Shown one piece after another: positions 26,617-35,939 of a stretch of DNA of 64,000 bases. Positions within the stretch are counted from its first letter, which is position 1; the number at the start of each line of letters is the position of its first letter. Position numbers and translations under genes: made by a program. The notes beneath the pieces were generated by a model. The model was not told the DNA's origin and searched no databases. It saw only the letters and a list, made by a program, of their open reading frames with translations. This DNA is from a virus: the IMG/VR virus record IMGVR_UViG_3300025073_000397; one strand, 5' to 3'.

Positions 26617-27634
26617 TTAGTAGCCCCTTCCCTATGTAGGCATCTGCAATCCGACTAGCTGCTTCCTTAGCGTCCCAAGGTTTCTTGTGTTTCTCTTTAC
26701 GAGAATGCCCTTTAGCCAGATCTCGCTCCCGATTCTTATGGGCGGCATCTGACTTCCCCGTCTCTATCATCTGCCGGAAGACTTCATCCCTGGGTTTCCC
26801 TTTCTCAACATGGACAGTTCGGGAATCGTCTTTCTTGGGGGGGGCTACAGGTTGAGGGCGCTTCTTGGCTTCTTTGGGTTGGCTCCAATAGTTGAAGTCG
26901 TCTAACATGCAGACATCTTTGGTATAGCCCCGAATTCGACCCCCAGCTATCACCTGTCGCCCATCTGGAGTGACTTCTCGTTCTACCATGAGAGCTGGTC
27001 TGCGAACGAGTAGGGAATCACAGATCTTCTCCATCCATTTGCTATAGAAGGTGACCTTATCCAGCACTCGGACAGTTTGCTCGGGATCCGGGCAATTGGG
27101 ATCCATTACTTTCACATCCAGATTATCCGTGACATCAAAGACGACTGATGCATGTGACCAGGGCCGACCTTCTGGATTCCAGGCTATTAAAACTGGATGC
27201 CCCTTGTCCGTCCATTGCTTGACCATTTTCAAAGTGGCCGGTACAACTAGCGTTCCCCGGCAACCGAAGTACTGGATCGTAGCTAACGCCTGTTCCCATG
27301 ATGCTCCAGCCATGGGAGCTGCACAGAGTACCTTATTGACCTCTTCCTCTGTAACATCCTTTCCGCATGCTTTTAGGGCCGAAGTCACCGACGCAGCGAC
27401 ACAACTGTATTGGGAAGACTGGCGAATGAACTTGACATCAGCAGCAGCCAACCGGGTTGCCAATTTAGGTCGAGTCTGCCACGCATCATTGACGATCTGC
27501 GGTACTTTTAGCGCCTTCAGCCGGATGATAGTTTCATCTAGCCCCGCCGCACCAAGAGCATGGAAAAGTGTTGCTAGAACTTCTGGGGGGTTGTATTTAT
27601 TCATAGGGGTGACTACCTTTTCAGTCAACAACAC
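26609..27634 (-). CDS. papain-like (C39-like) cysteine peptidase domain protein with basic C-terminal tail
   Basis: 341 aa. QSSQYSCVAASVTSALKACG follows the Q...C...G pattern of the C39 catalytic Cys; GHPVLIAWNPEG...SHASVVFDV...VKVMDPN is the His/Asp region. Confidence 0.45.
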   Translation of the reverse strand: MLLTEKVVTPMNKYNPPEVLATLFHALGAAGLDETIIRLKALKVPQIVNDAWQTRPKLATRLAAADVKFIRQSSQYSCVAASVTSALKACGKDVTEEEVNKVLCAAPMAGASWEQALATIQYFGCRGTLVVPATLKMVKQWTDKGHPVLIAWNPEGRPWSHASVVFDVTDNLDVKVMDPNCPDPEQTVRVLDKVTFYSKWMEKICDSLLVRRPALMVEREVTPDGRQVIAGGRIRGYTKDVCMLDDFNYWSQPKEAKKRPQPVAPPKKDDSRTVHVEKGKPRDEVFRQMIETGKSDAAHKNRERDLAKGHSRKEKHKKPWDAKEAASRIADAYIGKGLLNG

Positions 27635-27729
27635 TATCCAAGAGAGTTTTTCTGATAGAGAGATTAGGGAACAGAGTAGAGTAGCGAATGGGGATTACCC
27701 CCTTTAGCGTCTGTCCCTAAGGAGGTGGT

Positions 27730-28092
27730 ATGAGTAAAAGAGACAAGATAGTACCTCTGGCCAAGTTGGATACCAAGATGTTCCTGACTAAGCTGGCGGC
27801 TAGGACATGGCAAGATGAATCTGTTATCATTAGGGTGCTCAATGTCTTCACCGAAATGCTTGGGACGATGCGGCCCGGGGAGGGGCTCAGCACCCCTATG
27901 GGAACGTTCTATTGTGTGGAGTTAAAGGCACGAAGTCAATTTTGGGTTGGGTCAGGTAAGACATGGCAGATTCCTGCCCGAATACACGTCAAGCTTAAGC
28001 CTTCTCATCGGCTGAAGTGGCTTCCCGCAGACTCTCCCGCTCTGAAAGATCCTTCAAAAGCTCGACGGAAACGGACGGGGAAATCTTCGTAA
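27730..28092 (+). CDS. HU/IHF-family DNA-binding protein
   Basis: 120 aa. GTFYCVELKARSQFWVGSGKTWQIPARIHVKLKPSHRLK matches the HU arm (GFGTFxV..R.aR.GrNP.TG..i.i.a..vp.Fk.gk.LK). A strong SD (AAGGAGGT) lies 6 nt upstream. Confidence 0.7.
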   Translation: MSKRDKIVPLAKLDTKMFLTKLAARTWQDESVIIRVLNVFTEMLGTMRPGEGLSTPMGTFYCVELKARSQFWVGSGKTWQIPARIHVKLKPSHRLKWLPADSPALKDPSKARRKRTGKSS

Positions 28093-28456
28093 TCAATCGC
28101 TTTAGTATCTCTTCCATGTGCTGGGATAGTTCTAATGCCATGGCCTCTTTGTCAGTATCAGTCCCGGACATGTAAGCCTTGAGCAGGTTAGGCTGATCCT
28201 GCATCTTCAAGATGACATCCAGGTAGGTTTCTCTTCGGATAGCTTCTAGGAGCAGGGCATGCGCTATCTGCTCAAGGCCACAGGAGGGCAATGAGTGGGC
28301 AAGGGCATTATCACTCTCATTCTGAAACCTATGAGAACTGAAGACTCTGCCTTTGTTGTCCTGTAGAACGGATACCTCTAGGACAAACATCTTGTAATCC
28401 TTCTGCTCGCCTTTTACCCAAGTGTTGGGATCCATGCTGATAGTGGTTATGTCCAT
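27995..28456 (-). CDS. hypothetical protein (convergent, overlaps the HU gene 3' end by 98 nt)
   Basis: 153-aa ORF. The long convergent overlap makes one of the two ends doubtful. Confidence 0.3.
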   Translation of the reverse strand: MDITTISMDPNTWVKGEQKDYKMFVLEVSVLQDNKGRVFSSHRFQNESDNALAHSLPSCGLEQIAHALLLEAIRRETYLDVILKMQDQPNLLKAYMSGTDTDKEAMALELSQHMEEILKRLITKISPSVSVELLKDLSERESLREATSADEKA

Positions 28457-28542
28457 TGGAACGGTCTCCTATGCCAAAAGTCACCAAAGGAGACTATACC
28501 ATGAAAACTGGGATGGCTGATGTGGATGTTAGGAACGGGGAG

Positions 28543-31413
28543 TTATCCCTCTTCGTCCATGATGGCACCCAGCATCTTCTTGAATTCAGTTGGTGAGACG
28601 CCCTTCATGCGCTCTTTGGTCTCAGGCTTCGCCTTGGCAAGGAACTTCGCCATGAGTTGCGCATCAGACAACTTGTGCCCCTTGGGGGACTTATCCTTAG
28701 CAAAATCCTTGATGGCCTTCTCATCATCCTTATGGACTTTGGGCTTATCTCCCTTGGCAAGAGATTTCTTCTGGAGTTTCAGAAGCGTTCTTTCTATCTC
28801 TTTGTGCTCATTCTCTTCGTCTGCCGAGAAGTACTTTGCTTTCTGCCACTTCTTGACCTGATCAAGGGCATCATCGACAGTCTCCTTGTCTGGAGAGTCC
28901 CCTCTCTCCATTGCCTTCCCAATCTCCGAAAGGGCTCTTTCCCCCTTAGAACCGCTGCTCCCCCAGTTTTGAAGGAGACGCCCACCGTGTTCCTTTCTTG
29001 GAACCCACCCAGCCCCAGGCAGATGGGGCTGGACTTTCTTTTCGCTCCCTAGGCCGATAGCATCAAAGAAGTCCTCTTTCAGCATCTTGTGAGAAGTGAT
29101 AGCATCAGGATGATTCCTTTTTAGCCACTTGTCGAGGTTTGAAAGGTACCTTTGATAGCCTGCGTTCTCCAAATTCTTTTTCACCTTCCCGAGATCAAGG
29201 AAACTATCATTCTCCATCGTGGCATCTTTAATGACAACATCTTGCAGTTGCCGCTTATTTTCCTTGTCCCCCTTCAGTTCATCTCCCGCCTTACCGGTGT
29301 TGAGAACCCTTCGTTCCCAAGCACCCTTATCCAAAGGTTTCTCACCATCTCTACGCTTCTTCTCAACGTACTTCTGATAGGTGGGTGCCGCTGCCTCACG
29401 AAGCATCGGCACAAGATGCTTCCTCAATTCCGGGTTCTCGTGCGCCAATTTCATGAGACCGGCGACAAGGTTCATTTTGGATGTACCTCCAATGACAAGG
29501 AAATCTCGTATGACTTTCAAGAGTCTCTTATCAGCCACTTCGAAGAGAGTATTGAATTCCTTACCTGGAATCAATCCAGGTAAACGTACCATCCCAGCCA
29601 AACGGTGCAATTGCTTGACTGCAGCCAAGGGGTCCCCAATCAGATAGCGAGTGAAGCAATCCGCTACTTGTACTGTATGTGATCCCATCGTTTGTGTTAG
29701 GTGATAGATGGTATCCTGGAATGCTGTAGCCAATGCTTCGTAAATCTCGTTAAATGCTTCCCCAGAAGGTTCCACATGGAACCCCTTGACCCTGGTTGCC
29801 AACTTCTGGAGATCCGTTAAGGCAGCCTGCGGGTTGCCAAACAGATACCGTGCGAAACAATCCGCCACTTGGATTTCTACTCCGGCAGTCTTGCTTGTGG
29901 ACGCCTCTTTTTCCCCCCGGTTCCGTCTCATCTCTGCCTTAGCCTGTGACAATGGTTTGGGCCTGAACCCCTGGTCACGTTCGATAGCAGGAGCGCCAAA
30001 CTTCCTGAGACTGGATATCTCTCTCAATGAGATGTATCCCAGTTCTCCGTTGCCTGGGTGGATCTCAGCCCACCCGAACATGGTATCCTTGCCATCGAAC
30101 TCCGTAATGAACCATGTGCCACTACCAAAAGCATTGAAGAACTTGACCCACACCATGGGGTCTTTGTCGTTCTCTGTGGAGTAGAGAGGGGGTAGTTTAT
30201 GGAGATTCTCAGACGTGAGTAGTTTCTGCCATGTACCAGCGGCCTTACCCATGCCAACGAGAGTTTCAAAGCGATCAAAGAAGATTTCAGCCAGGTTCTG
30301 GTAGCCCACTACTTCTGCGGCCATAGCACGACGGAATGCCTTGGCATACCCTGTAATGGATTTTGCCATGCGGCTGGCAAGGGCTTCCATCTTGGATGGT
30401 TCTCCCCCAGCCTTAGTCACAATGTCTTCTATCCGCCTACGATCCTTAAGCTCGATCCCTTTCTTGCGGAGACCGTCTACCAATGCTTGTGATGGTAGTG
30501 CCGCTTTCTTGCTGGCAAATTTACCCGCAAGGTCAATCAAATCCTGACGTGCCTTCACGGCTCCAGGGAACTTCTTTGTCAGATGCTCGGTCGGCTGTCC
30601 TGTACTGACCCCCCTCAGGTAAGCCCGATAGTGTAGATCATCCTGTTGTGTGCCCTTATTTGCATCTAGGAGTTTCTTGGCGGCTCCCTGCCAATTGGGG
30701 GCTGCTGTCTTGTTCCCAGCATCCTTCCTGAAATTATCCTTATTCTCCCCGTGTTGTTTCCACCACTCTTTCTTCTGCTCGTCACTCATATTCTCGGTGG
30801 GGTCAGCGGGTTTACCCTCTTCAAACTTGGAGAGTTTCTCATCGTTGGAGAGTCCAGCCAAATGACGTTCTGCTATCCGACGCATCATGTCCAAGTTGCC
30901 CTGTTCGTATAAGAGGTTGTTCTGAAGCTGCTTCACAACATCGAAACCCCCGGGGATGGGTCGCTCATACCCATGGTCGATCTCATTCGGATAGATGGGT
31001 TTCCCATCTGGATTGCCAGAATAGGAGCCTTCCTTGGCCACCTTTTCTACTTTGCCATGGTACTTATCCCACTTTGCTTTATCCTCAGGAGACATGTTCT
31101 GCTTGGGATCGGCAGGCTTGCCTTCCTCAAATTTGGATAATTTGTCATCCCCAGAAGCATAGTGCCAACGGGACGACGAGTCATTCCAGTCACCCGTAGG
31201 CTGGTAGTCGGCTTGCATAACCCACGCCCCGTAACCAGTCTTATATCCACCAGTCGGACCAATCTGTGGTTCGATCAGTCGCTTCCAGAGCTTGTGTGTC
31301 CTTTCATCCGGGAGTTCAACTTCCCAATCCGTTCCTGCTCCGGTTACTTTAGCTGTGATACCCGCCTTGGCCAAAAGAACCTGTATCTGTCGTTTCTGAA
31401 CAGTAGTAGACAT
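28543..31413 (-). CDS. large hypothetical protein with two pairs of internal repeats
   Basis: 956 aa. Pair 1 is DDKLSKFEEGKPADPKQNMSPEDKAKWDKYHG and NDEKLSKFEEGKPADPTENMSDEQKKEWWKQHG. Pair 2 is VQVADCFARYLFGNPQAALTDLQKLA... and VQVADCFTRYLIGDPLAAVKQLHRLA.... Both pairs diverge at synonymous sites in the DNA. Confidence 0.7.
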   Translation of the reverse strand: MSTTVQKRQIQVLLAKAGITAKVTGAGTDWEVELPDERTHKLWKRLIEPQIGPTGGYKTGYGAWVMQADYQPTGDWNDSSSRWHYASGDDKLSKFEEGKPADPKQNMSPEDKAKWDKYHGKVEKVAKEGSYSGNPDGKPIYPNEIDHGYERPIPGGFDVVKQLQNNLLYEQGNLDMMRRIAERHLAGLSNDEKLSKFEEGKPADPTENMSDEQKKEWWKQHGENKDNFRKDAGNKTAAPNWQGAAKKLLDANKGTQQDDLHYRAYLRGVSTGQPTEHLTKKFPGAVKARQDLIDLAGKFASKKAALPSQALVDGLRKKGIELKDRRRIEDIVTKAGGEPSKMEALASRMAKSITGYAKAFRRAMAAEVVGYQNLAEIFFDRFETLVGMGKAAGTWQKLLTSENLHKLPPLYSTENDKDPMVWVKFFNAFGSGTWFITEFDGKDTMFGWAEIHPGNGELGYISLREISSLRKFGAPAIERDQGFRPKPLSQAKAEMRRNRGEKEASTSKTAGVEIQVADCFARYLFGNPQAALTDLQKLATRVKGFHVEPSGEAFNEIYEALATAFQDTIYHLTQTMGSHTVQVADCFTRYLIGDPLAAVKQLHRLAGMVRLPGLIPGKEFNTLFEVADKRLLKVIRDFLVIGGTSKMNLVAGLMKLAHENPELRKHLVPMLREAAAPTYQKYVEKKRRDGEKPLDKGAWERRVLNTGKAGDELKGDKENKRQLQDVVIKDATMENDSFLDLGKVKKNLENAGYQRYLSNLDKWLKRNHPDAITSHKMLKEDFFDAIGLGSEKKVQPHLPGAGWVPRKEHGGRLLQNWGSSGSKGERALSEIGKAMERGDSPDKETVDDALDQVKKWQKAKYFSADEENEHKEIERTLLKLQKKSLAKGDKPKVHKDDEKAIKDFAKDKSPKGHKLSDAQLMAKFLAKAKPETKERMKGVSPTEFKKMLGAIMDEEG

Positions 31414-31465
31414 TTGGGATTAAACCTCCAAAGCAACGTCTACTTGCCAGAGAGCTATAGGGATT

Positions 31466-31687
31466 TTAGCGGCGTTTGCAATAAACCGCCACATCTGCGC
31501 ACTTTCCTTTGGCAGATACGGAGGGGTACATGAGGACTTCAACCCGGACGACAGTGAATCTAAGGCTATTTTCAGAGGAAAGTACAACCAGGGTATCCCC
31601 GATCATTGGTCTGGCCCCAACTTCCCCTTCGAGGTAGTCCTTGCTTACATGCCCACAATCATCCTCGACCCACACCATGCAACGCAT
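31466..31687 (-). CDS. small hypothetical protein
   Basis: 73-aa ORF between two co-oriented genes, with a hairpin (GCGGCGTTT..AAACCGCC) downstream. Confidence 0.35.
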   Translation of the reverse strand: MRCMVWVEDDCGHVSKDYLEGEVGARPMIGDTLVVLSSENSLRFTVVRVEVLMYPSVSAKGKCADVAVYCKRR

Positions 31688-31704
31688 GTCTACGCCTCCA
31701 AATG

Positions 31705-32883
31705 TCAGAGAGTAAAGTGCTGATCCATCAGTTCCATCAGAAGATCTTGCGCCCCATTGTGATCAGGTTTCTTAGGGAGAGGCGAAGTCCCTGCCTTGTA
31801 GATTTCATCCAATCGAGCATCCATCTTTTCGGCCCACTCCACTACCTGCTCATAGGTGTAGATGCCCTTGTTGCGAATAGCCAGCAATTCATCTGCATCA
31901 ATCCCCGTCCTGTCTACATGAAGAATACCCGTTGTCAAGAGTTCTTCCCCCTGTTTCATGAGCCTGAAAAGGTGGGATGCGTGTTTCGAATCATATCCCC
32001 ATTTCCGCTCCAGTTCAGCACGAGCAGGATTCCGTTCTTTCAACCATGTCTGATAGGAGTTCCAATCAGCCAGTGCATTCCGATAGGTTCGTTCTTGATT
32101 CAAGTACTCTATGAAGTTGCTGCTGAACCCAAGTGTCTGCACAGCAGCATCAAACAGGATGTCCTTTTCATCCTTCACAGGAGCAGCCACATCCAGAGCC
32201 ACAGCAAACCCAGCCTTGAAGGCACCCCTGAGGGCTTCTTCCATTCTCTGGTGGACAGCCTCTCGGCTGGGGGCATCCAAAGTCTCCAGCGTATCGAGGG
32301 TCCAGTCCTCTATCAGTTTCCTGATCAGAGCCTTAGCAGCGTCCAACTGATCCTTGGGGATCAACCTCTTCGCAGGGAGTCCGAAATCTTCCCACTCAGG
32401 TTGCTTCTTCGGCGGATGTCTTAGCCATCTGGCATGGCCAGCTATGCGCTTTAATTGTGAGATGGCATATCCACTGTAAGAGAACTTCACCTTGGTACTC
32501 AAGAACAGGTGACGTTCGCTGATGATCCGTTCCATAGCCGGGGAACGGTGCAGGACCACCCGGTCGGGCATCCACATCTGCTCCAGGATATTCGGATTAG
32601 CATTCAATGCCAGAGCAAAGTACTTGGGCAGTGACATGAGAGTGTAATCCACTTCATTCCTGTTGGGGATCGCAAACCCTTTCTTGGTCAAGGCATCCAG
32701 CATGAACTGTGGCCCACGCTTTCCTTCAGCTTGCTCAAAGTGACTCAGGCCGAATACAGCCTGTCTTGGTGGGAATACGATTCCACGAACATCCACGTCT
32801 GATGTTGCTGTAGCCATCCCATAGGCATGACTCCCACTAACGCACATGTGGATCAGGTCGGGTTCTAGTAAGTTATGCTCCAT
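31705..32883 (-). CDS. Pol-beta-superfamily nucleotidyltransferase (RlaP/PF10127-like)
   Basis: 392 aa. The N-terminal signature is MCVSGSHAYGMATATSDVDVRGIV (GS-x9-DxD). Confidence 0.65.
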   Translation of the reverse strand: MEHNLLEPDLIHMCVSGSHAYGMATATSDVDVRGIVFPPRQAVFGLSHFEQAEGKRGPQFMLDALTKKGFAIPNRNEVDYTLMSLPKYFALALNANPNILEQMWMPDRVVLHRSPAMERIISERHLFLSTKVKFSYSGYAISQLKRIAGHARWLRHPPKKQPEWEDFGLPAKRLIPKDQLDAAKALIRKLIEDWTLDTLETLDAPSREAVHQRMEEALRGAFKAGFAVALDVAAPVKDEKDILFDAAVQTLGFSSNFIEYLNQERTYRNALADWNSYQTWLKERNPARAELERKWGYDSKHASHLFRLMKQGEELLTTGILHVDRTGIDADELLAIRNKGIYTYEQVVEWAEKMDARLDEIYKAGTSPLPKKPDHNGAQDLLMELMDQHFTL

Positions 32884-33049
32884 TAGCTATCTCCTACGGC
32901 ACTGGCAGTCATCAAAGTCAGAACAGGAGTGCCCCTTCTGCTGAAGCAGTGGGAAGAACTTGACACCATGGAAAGAGTGCCCTTTACAGAAAGCGGGCAC
33001 CTTTACGCATCCGTCAGGATGCACGGGCTTGTCCCGCCCCAGCACTTCA

Positions 33050-33084
33050 CACTTGTACTACCCGACTCTCTCAAAGCCTAACAG
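33050..33084 (-). promoter_or_regulatory. promoter motif instance A (TGTTAG-N14-GGGTAGTA on minus strand), ~170 nt upstream of the NTase gene
   Basis: Plus-strand TACTACCC at 33056-33063, a 14-nt spacer, then CTAACA at 33078-33083. Confidence 0.6.
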
Positions 33085-33102
33085 AAATGTTACTGTCAGT
33101 GC

Positions 33103-33354
33103 TTAGTCAACCCAACCATAAGTCCGCAACCATGCCAATCGAGCCTTCATCCGTTCTTCATGGCCACTACCCAAATCAGCCATGGTCTGAACATGATCGT
33201 CACTCAATCTGACATACCGAGTCCGACCCATCTTCTCGGTTGCTTCTGCAAGCTTTCCGTAGACGTAATCGAAACCCGGCCAACAGCCCTTACCACAAGG
33301 CCCGGCCTTTCTTGCCTGTTCAGTTGGCGAATCCTGGAGTATCACGTTTCGCAT
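33103..33354 (-). CDS. small hypothetical protein
   Basis: 83-aa ORF with its own copy of the promoter motif 19 nt upstream. Confidence 0.45.
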   Translation of the reverse strand: MRNVILQDSPTEQARKAGPCGKGCWPGFDYVYGKLAEATEKMGRTRYVRLSDDHVQTMADLGSGHEERMKARLAWLRTYGWVD

Positions 33355-33372
33355 CTATTGCCCCCCGCTACA

Positions 33373-33407
33373 CACTTGTACTACCCGGCTGACTGAATTT
33401 CTAACAG
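33373..33407 (-). promoter_or_regulatory. promoter motif instance B
   Basis: TACTACCC at 33379-33386, a 14-nt spacer, then CTAACA at 33401-33406. The flank (ACACTTGTACTACCCG) is identical to instance A over 16 nt. Confidence 0.6.
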
Positions 33408-33416
33408 AGATTGGAA

Positions 33417-33959
33417 TTACAAGTTGGGGAATGACTCTTGGATTCGCTGTAGTAGAGTCTGTGCCTTTCTTTCCCATTTGGAAGCTGCTTCTGTCCCTTG
33501 GAGTGGGCCAATGGCTGCCCAAGTCAAAGGAGCGGACTCTTGGACCAAGGCCACAAGCTCCTGGATCAGGAATTCTTTCGTAATAGTCCCGATCGATTCC
33601 GTTCGATCCAGAGCATCCCCACGGATTCTCTTTGCACAGTAGTGGGCGTAGTTAGCTAACCACCCGTTTGAATAGATGCAGGATGTTGTATGCCCTTCCT
33701 TTGCCCTAACCATCTGAACGTCCTGTAATGGGATATAGAAACGACCAAGAATGTCAAAGAACCGTTCTTCCTGATTCTTCCCTGGCACATACGGAATATC
33801 CTTTATCAAAATGTCCTCCATAGCCCCAAACCGCAGACAATCCCTCAAAAGCGTATAGAGGACTGATGTCAGCGGGTCGTTGGTGTAGGTGACTGTGCCT
33901 GATGCTCTGGTGATATGATCCTTGTCAAGCATCGGGGAACTCCGTTGGTTTTGAGCCAT
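33417..33959 (-). CDS. hypothetical protein
   Basis: 180-aa ORF. Confidence 0.5.
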   Translation of the reverse strand: MAQNQRSSPMLDKDHITRASGTVTYTNDPLTSVLYTLLRDCLRFGAMEDILIKDIPYVPGKNQEERFFDILGRFYIPLQDVQMVRAKEGHTTSCIYSNGWLANYAHYCAKRIRGDALDRTESIGTITKEFLIQELVALVQESAPLTWAAIGPLQGTEAASKWERKAQTLLQRIQESFPNL

Positions 33960-34314
33960 CCATTAACTTCTTCCACCTACGTTGCTTCAATTCATCTTTG
34001 CTCTTGAGGGTCAACCCGCCCCATCCCGATCTAGGGTGATTCCACACAATGACAGTTGCATGGTCAGAGAGCAGGAGCAGCCAACTATTGCCCGCTATAA
34101 CGGATAGGGCACCCAGTGTATCTACTTCATTGTCCCGCATATCGGATTTTCGGGTCAGGTAGAGATCAAACACCGTAGCAGCTTTAATAAAGTGCTGAAG
34201 GGTCAGGAGATTCATGCCCCCCCGCACCTCATCGGACTCCCCCTTTGCAGCATTCAGGCTATTCAACATCTCTCGCACCGAACAAGCAACAGCACAAGCA
34301 TCTTCAAAGTTCAT
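33925..34314 (-). CDS. hypothetical protein
   Basis: 129-aa ORF that abuts the GroEL gene stop. Confidence 0.4.
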   Translation of the reverse strand: MNFEDACAVACSVREMLNSLNAAKGESDEVRGGMNLLTLQHFIKAATVFDLYLTRKSDMRDNEVDTLGALSVIAGNSWLLLLSDHATVIVWNHPRSGWGGLTLKSKDELKQRRWKKLMDGSKPTEFPDA

Positions 34315-35939
34315 TATCTGACTCTAGTGATAGCAGCATCAGCAGCCAACAGAGTTGTCGCCGCTGACACTGCTGATCCTATCACATGCTTGACTACAAG
34401 GTAAGGATCAACTATCTCTGGTGCCCCCCCGAAATCTCTGGCAGTATGTCCAAAGAGATCCCACCCGACCCAAGAGTCTGCACACGACCTTAACTTATCT
34501 ATGGTACTCTGGGGTTCCACTCCAGCGTTAAGAAGTAATCGTAAGATGGGGACCTTCAACGCTTTTGCCAACACTTTACCACCTACCGTCTGCCCCTCTG
34601 GAGTTTCCTCTAATGCTTGGCTGAGTCGCAGATATGCAACGCCTCCTCCTGGTAGGACACCACCCCTCAAGGCCGCATCTAAGGCATGTATGGCGTCTTC
34701 CACTCTAGCACGTCTTTCTTTGATTTCAGTATCAGTGGTTCCACCCACTTTCACGAGGGCCAAGCCCCCCTGTAACATCGCCATACGTTCCTTCAGCCGA
34801 TCCGTGTCATAAGGGTGCAGGGATGCTTCTATCTCTTGTTGTAGCCTTTGTAGCCTCTCCATGATGAAGGGTTGCTTGTCAGGGTAACCCTCCAACACGA
34901 ATTTGTTGAGCCCCAAAGTAGCTTTTCTGACGGAACCGAACCATTCTGCCTTGAACTCTTTGTGATCATAACCAGCATGGGAGTCAACATAGAGGGCCCC
35001 GGAGAGAGCGGCAATGTCTTTCATGGACTCTTCTCTGTACGGTCTGTCCCCTACTCGGAAGAGTGGGGCACATCGTAATCGAGGCCCATTGTCCTTGGGG
35101 ATGTTTCGGTCATTCATACTCAGAGTGGCCAATGCCCCACCGGATATCTCTTTGGATACGATCAGGCAGGGGTTCTCAGGGAATTTGCTGGCTTCCTCCA
35201 GTATCCTAAGAACATCCTTCACGTCGGACAGCATCTTTGGAACTACTGCTACCAGTGCCCCATCTAGGACTCGTTCTGTTGGAGCCTCCAGAAAATAGGG
35301 GCTAGTACACCCCTTCAGAGAAATGCCGCTCTTCAACTCCAGGGTGATAGGTTCTGTGGATTCACCTCCGGTCACTTGGATATTCCCAAGCTTCCCGATC
35401 TGGATGCTAGCGGTAGCTAGAGCATCCGCTATGTCTCTGTCTCCATTGGAGGCGATCATAGCCACTCGTTGGATCAGACTCTTCGTCCCTATAGGTAGTG
35501 CCATGTCCTGAGCCTTACTCAGAACTACTGTGCAAGCATCCCTGATCTCTTGGACCAAACCCACAGGGTTTTGGCTTGAGACGATAGCTTTAGCACCTTC
35601 CTGGATGATACCGTTAGCAATAACGGCTGTAGTTGTTGTCCCGTCCCCAACATCTTTGTTGACCCGCAGGCAGGCATCGATGATGATAGCAGCCCCTAAT
35701 TGTAAGAGAGGATCGTTCAGGGAGAGTTCCCGGGCTATAGTTGCACCATCTTTCGTGAGGATTCGACCGGACACTCGTTCTAAGAGTACTGTGGATGCTT
35801 GGGGGCCGAGACTAGAGCCTATAGCCCTAGCAGCTATTCCTGCCCCTCTGGCCATACCCTTGAGTGCGTTCCACCCGAAAGCAATTCTAGTGCTTTTCTT
35901 GGCTCGGGCTGTCTTCGAACCACGTCCCCAAACGTTCAT
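34314..35939 (-). CDS. groEL: GroEL/Cpn60-family chaperonin
   Basis: 541 aa. IAFGWNALKGMARGAGIAARAIGSSLGPQASTVLLE...ITKDGATIAREL...DVGDGTTTTAVIA is collinear with the GroEL N-terminus ([35 protein letters not shown]...DGTTTATVLA). No GroES-like gene is adjacent. Confidence 0.9.
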   Translation of the reverse strand: MNVWGRGSKTARAKKSTRIAFGWNALKGMARGAGIAARAIGSSLGPQASTVLLERVSGRILTKDGATIARELSLNDPLLQLGAAIIIDACLRVNKDVGDGTTTTAVIANGIIQEGAKAIVSSQNPVGLVQEIRDACTVVLSKAQDMALPIGTKSLIQRVAMIASNGDRDIADALATASIQIGKLGNIQVTGGESTEPITLELKSGISLKGCTSPYFLEAPTERVLDGALVAVVPKMLSDVKDVLRILEEASKFPENPCLIVSKEISGGALATLSMNDRNIPKDNGPRLRCAPLFRVGDRPYREESMKDIAALSGALYVDSHAGYDHKEFKAEWFGSVRKATLGLNKFVLEGYPDKQPFIMERLQRLQQEIEASLHPYDTDRLKERMAMLQGGLALVKVGGTTDTEIKERRARVEDAIHALDAALRGGVLPGGGVAYLRLSQALEETPEGQTVGGKVLAKALKVPILRLLLNAGVEPQSTIDKLRSCADSWVGWDLFGHTARDFGGAPEIVDPYLVVKHVIGSAVSAATTLLAADAAITRVR

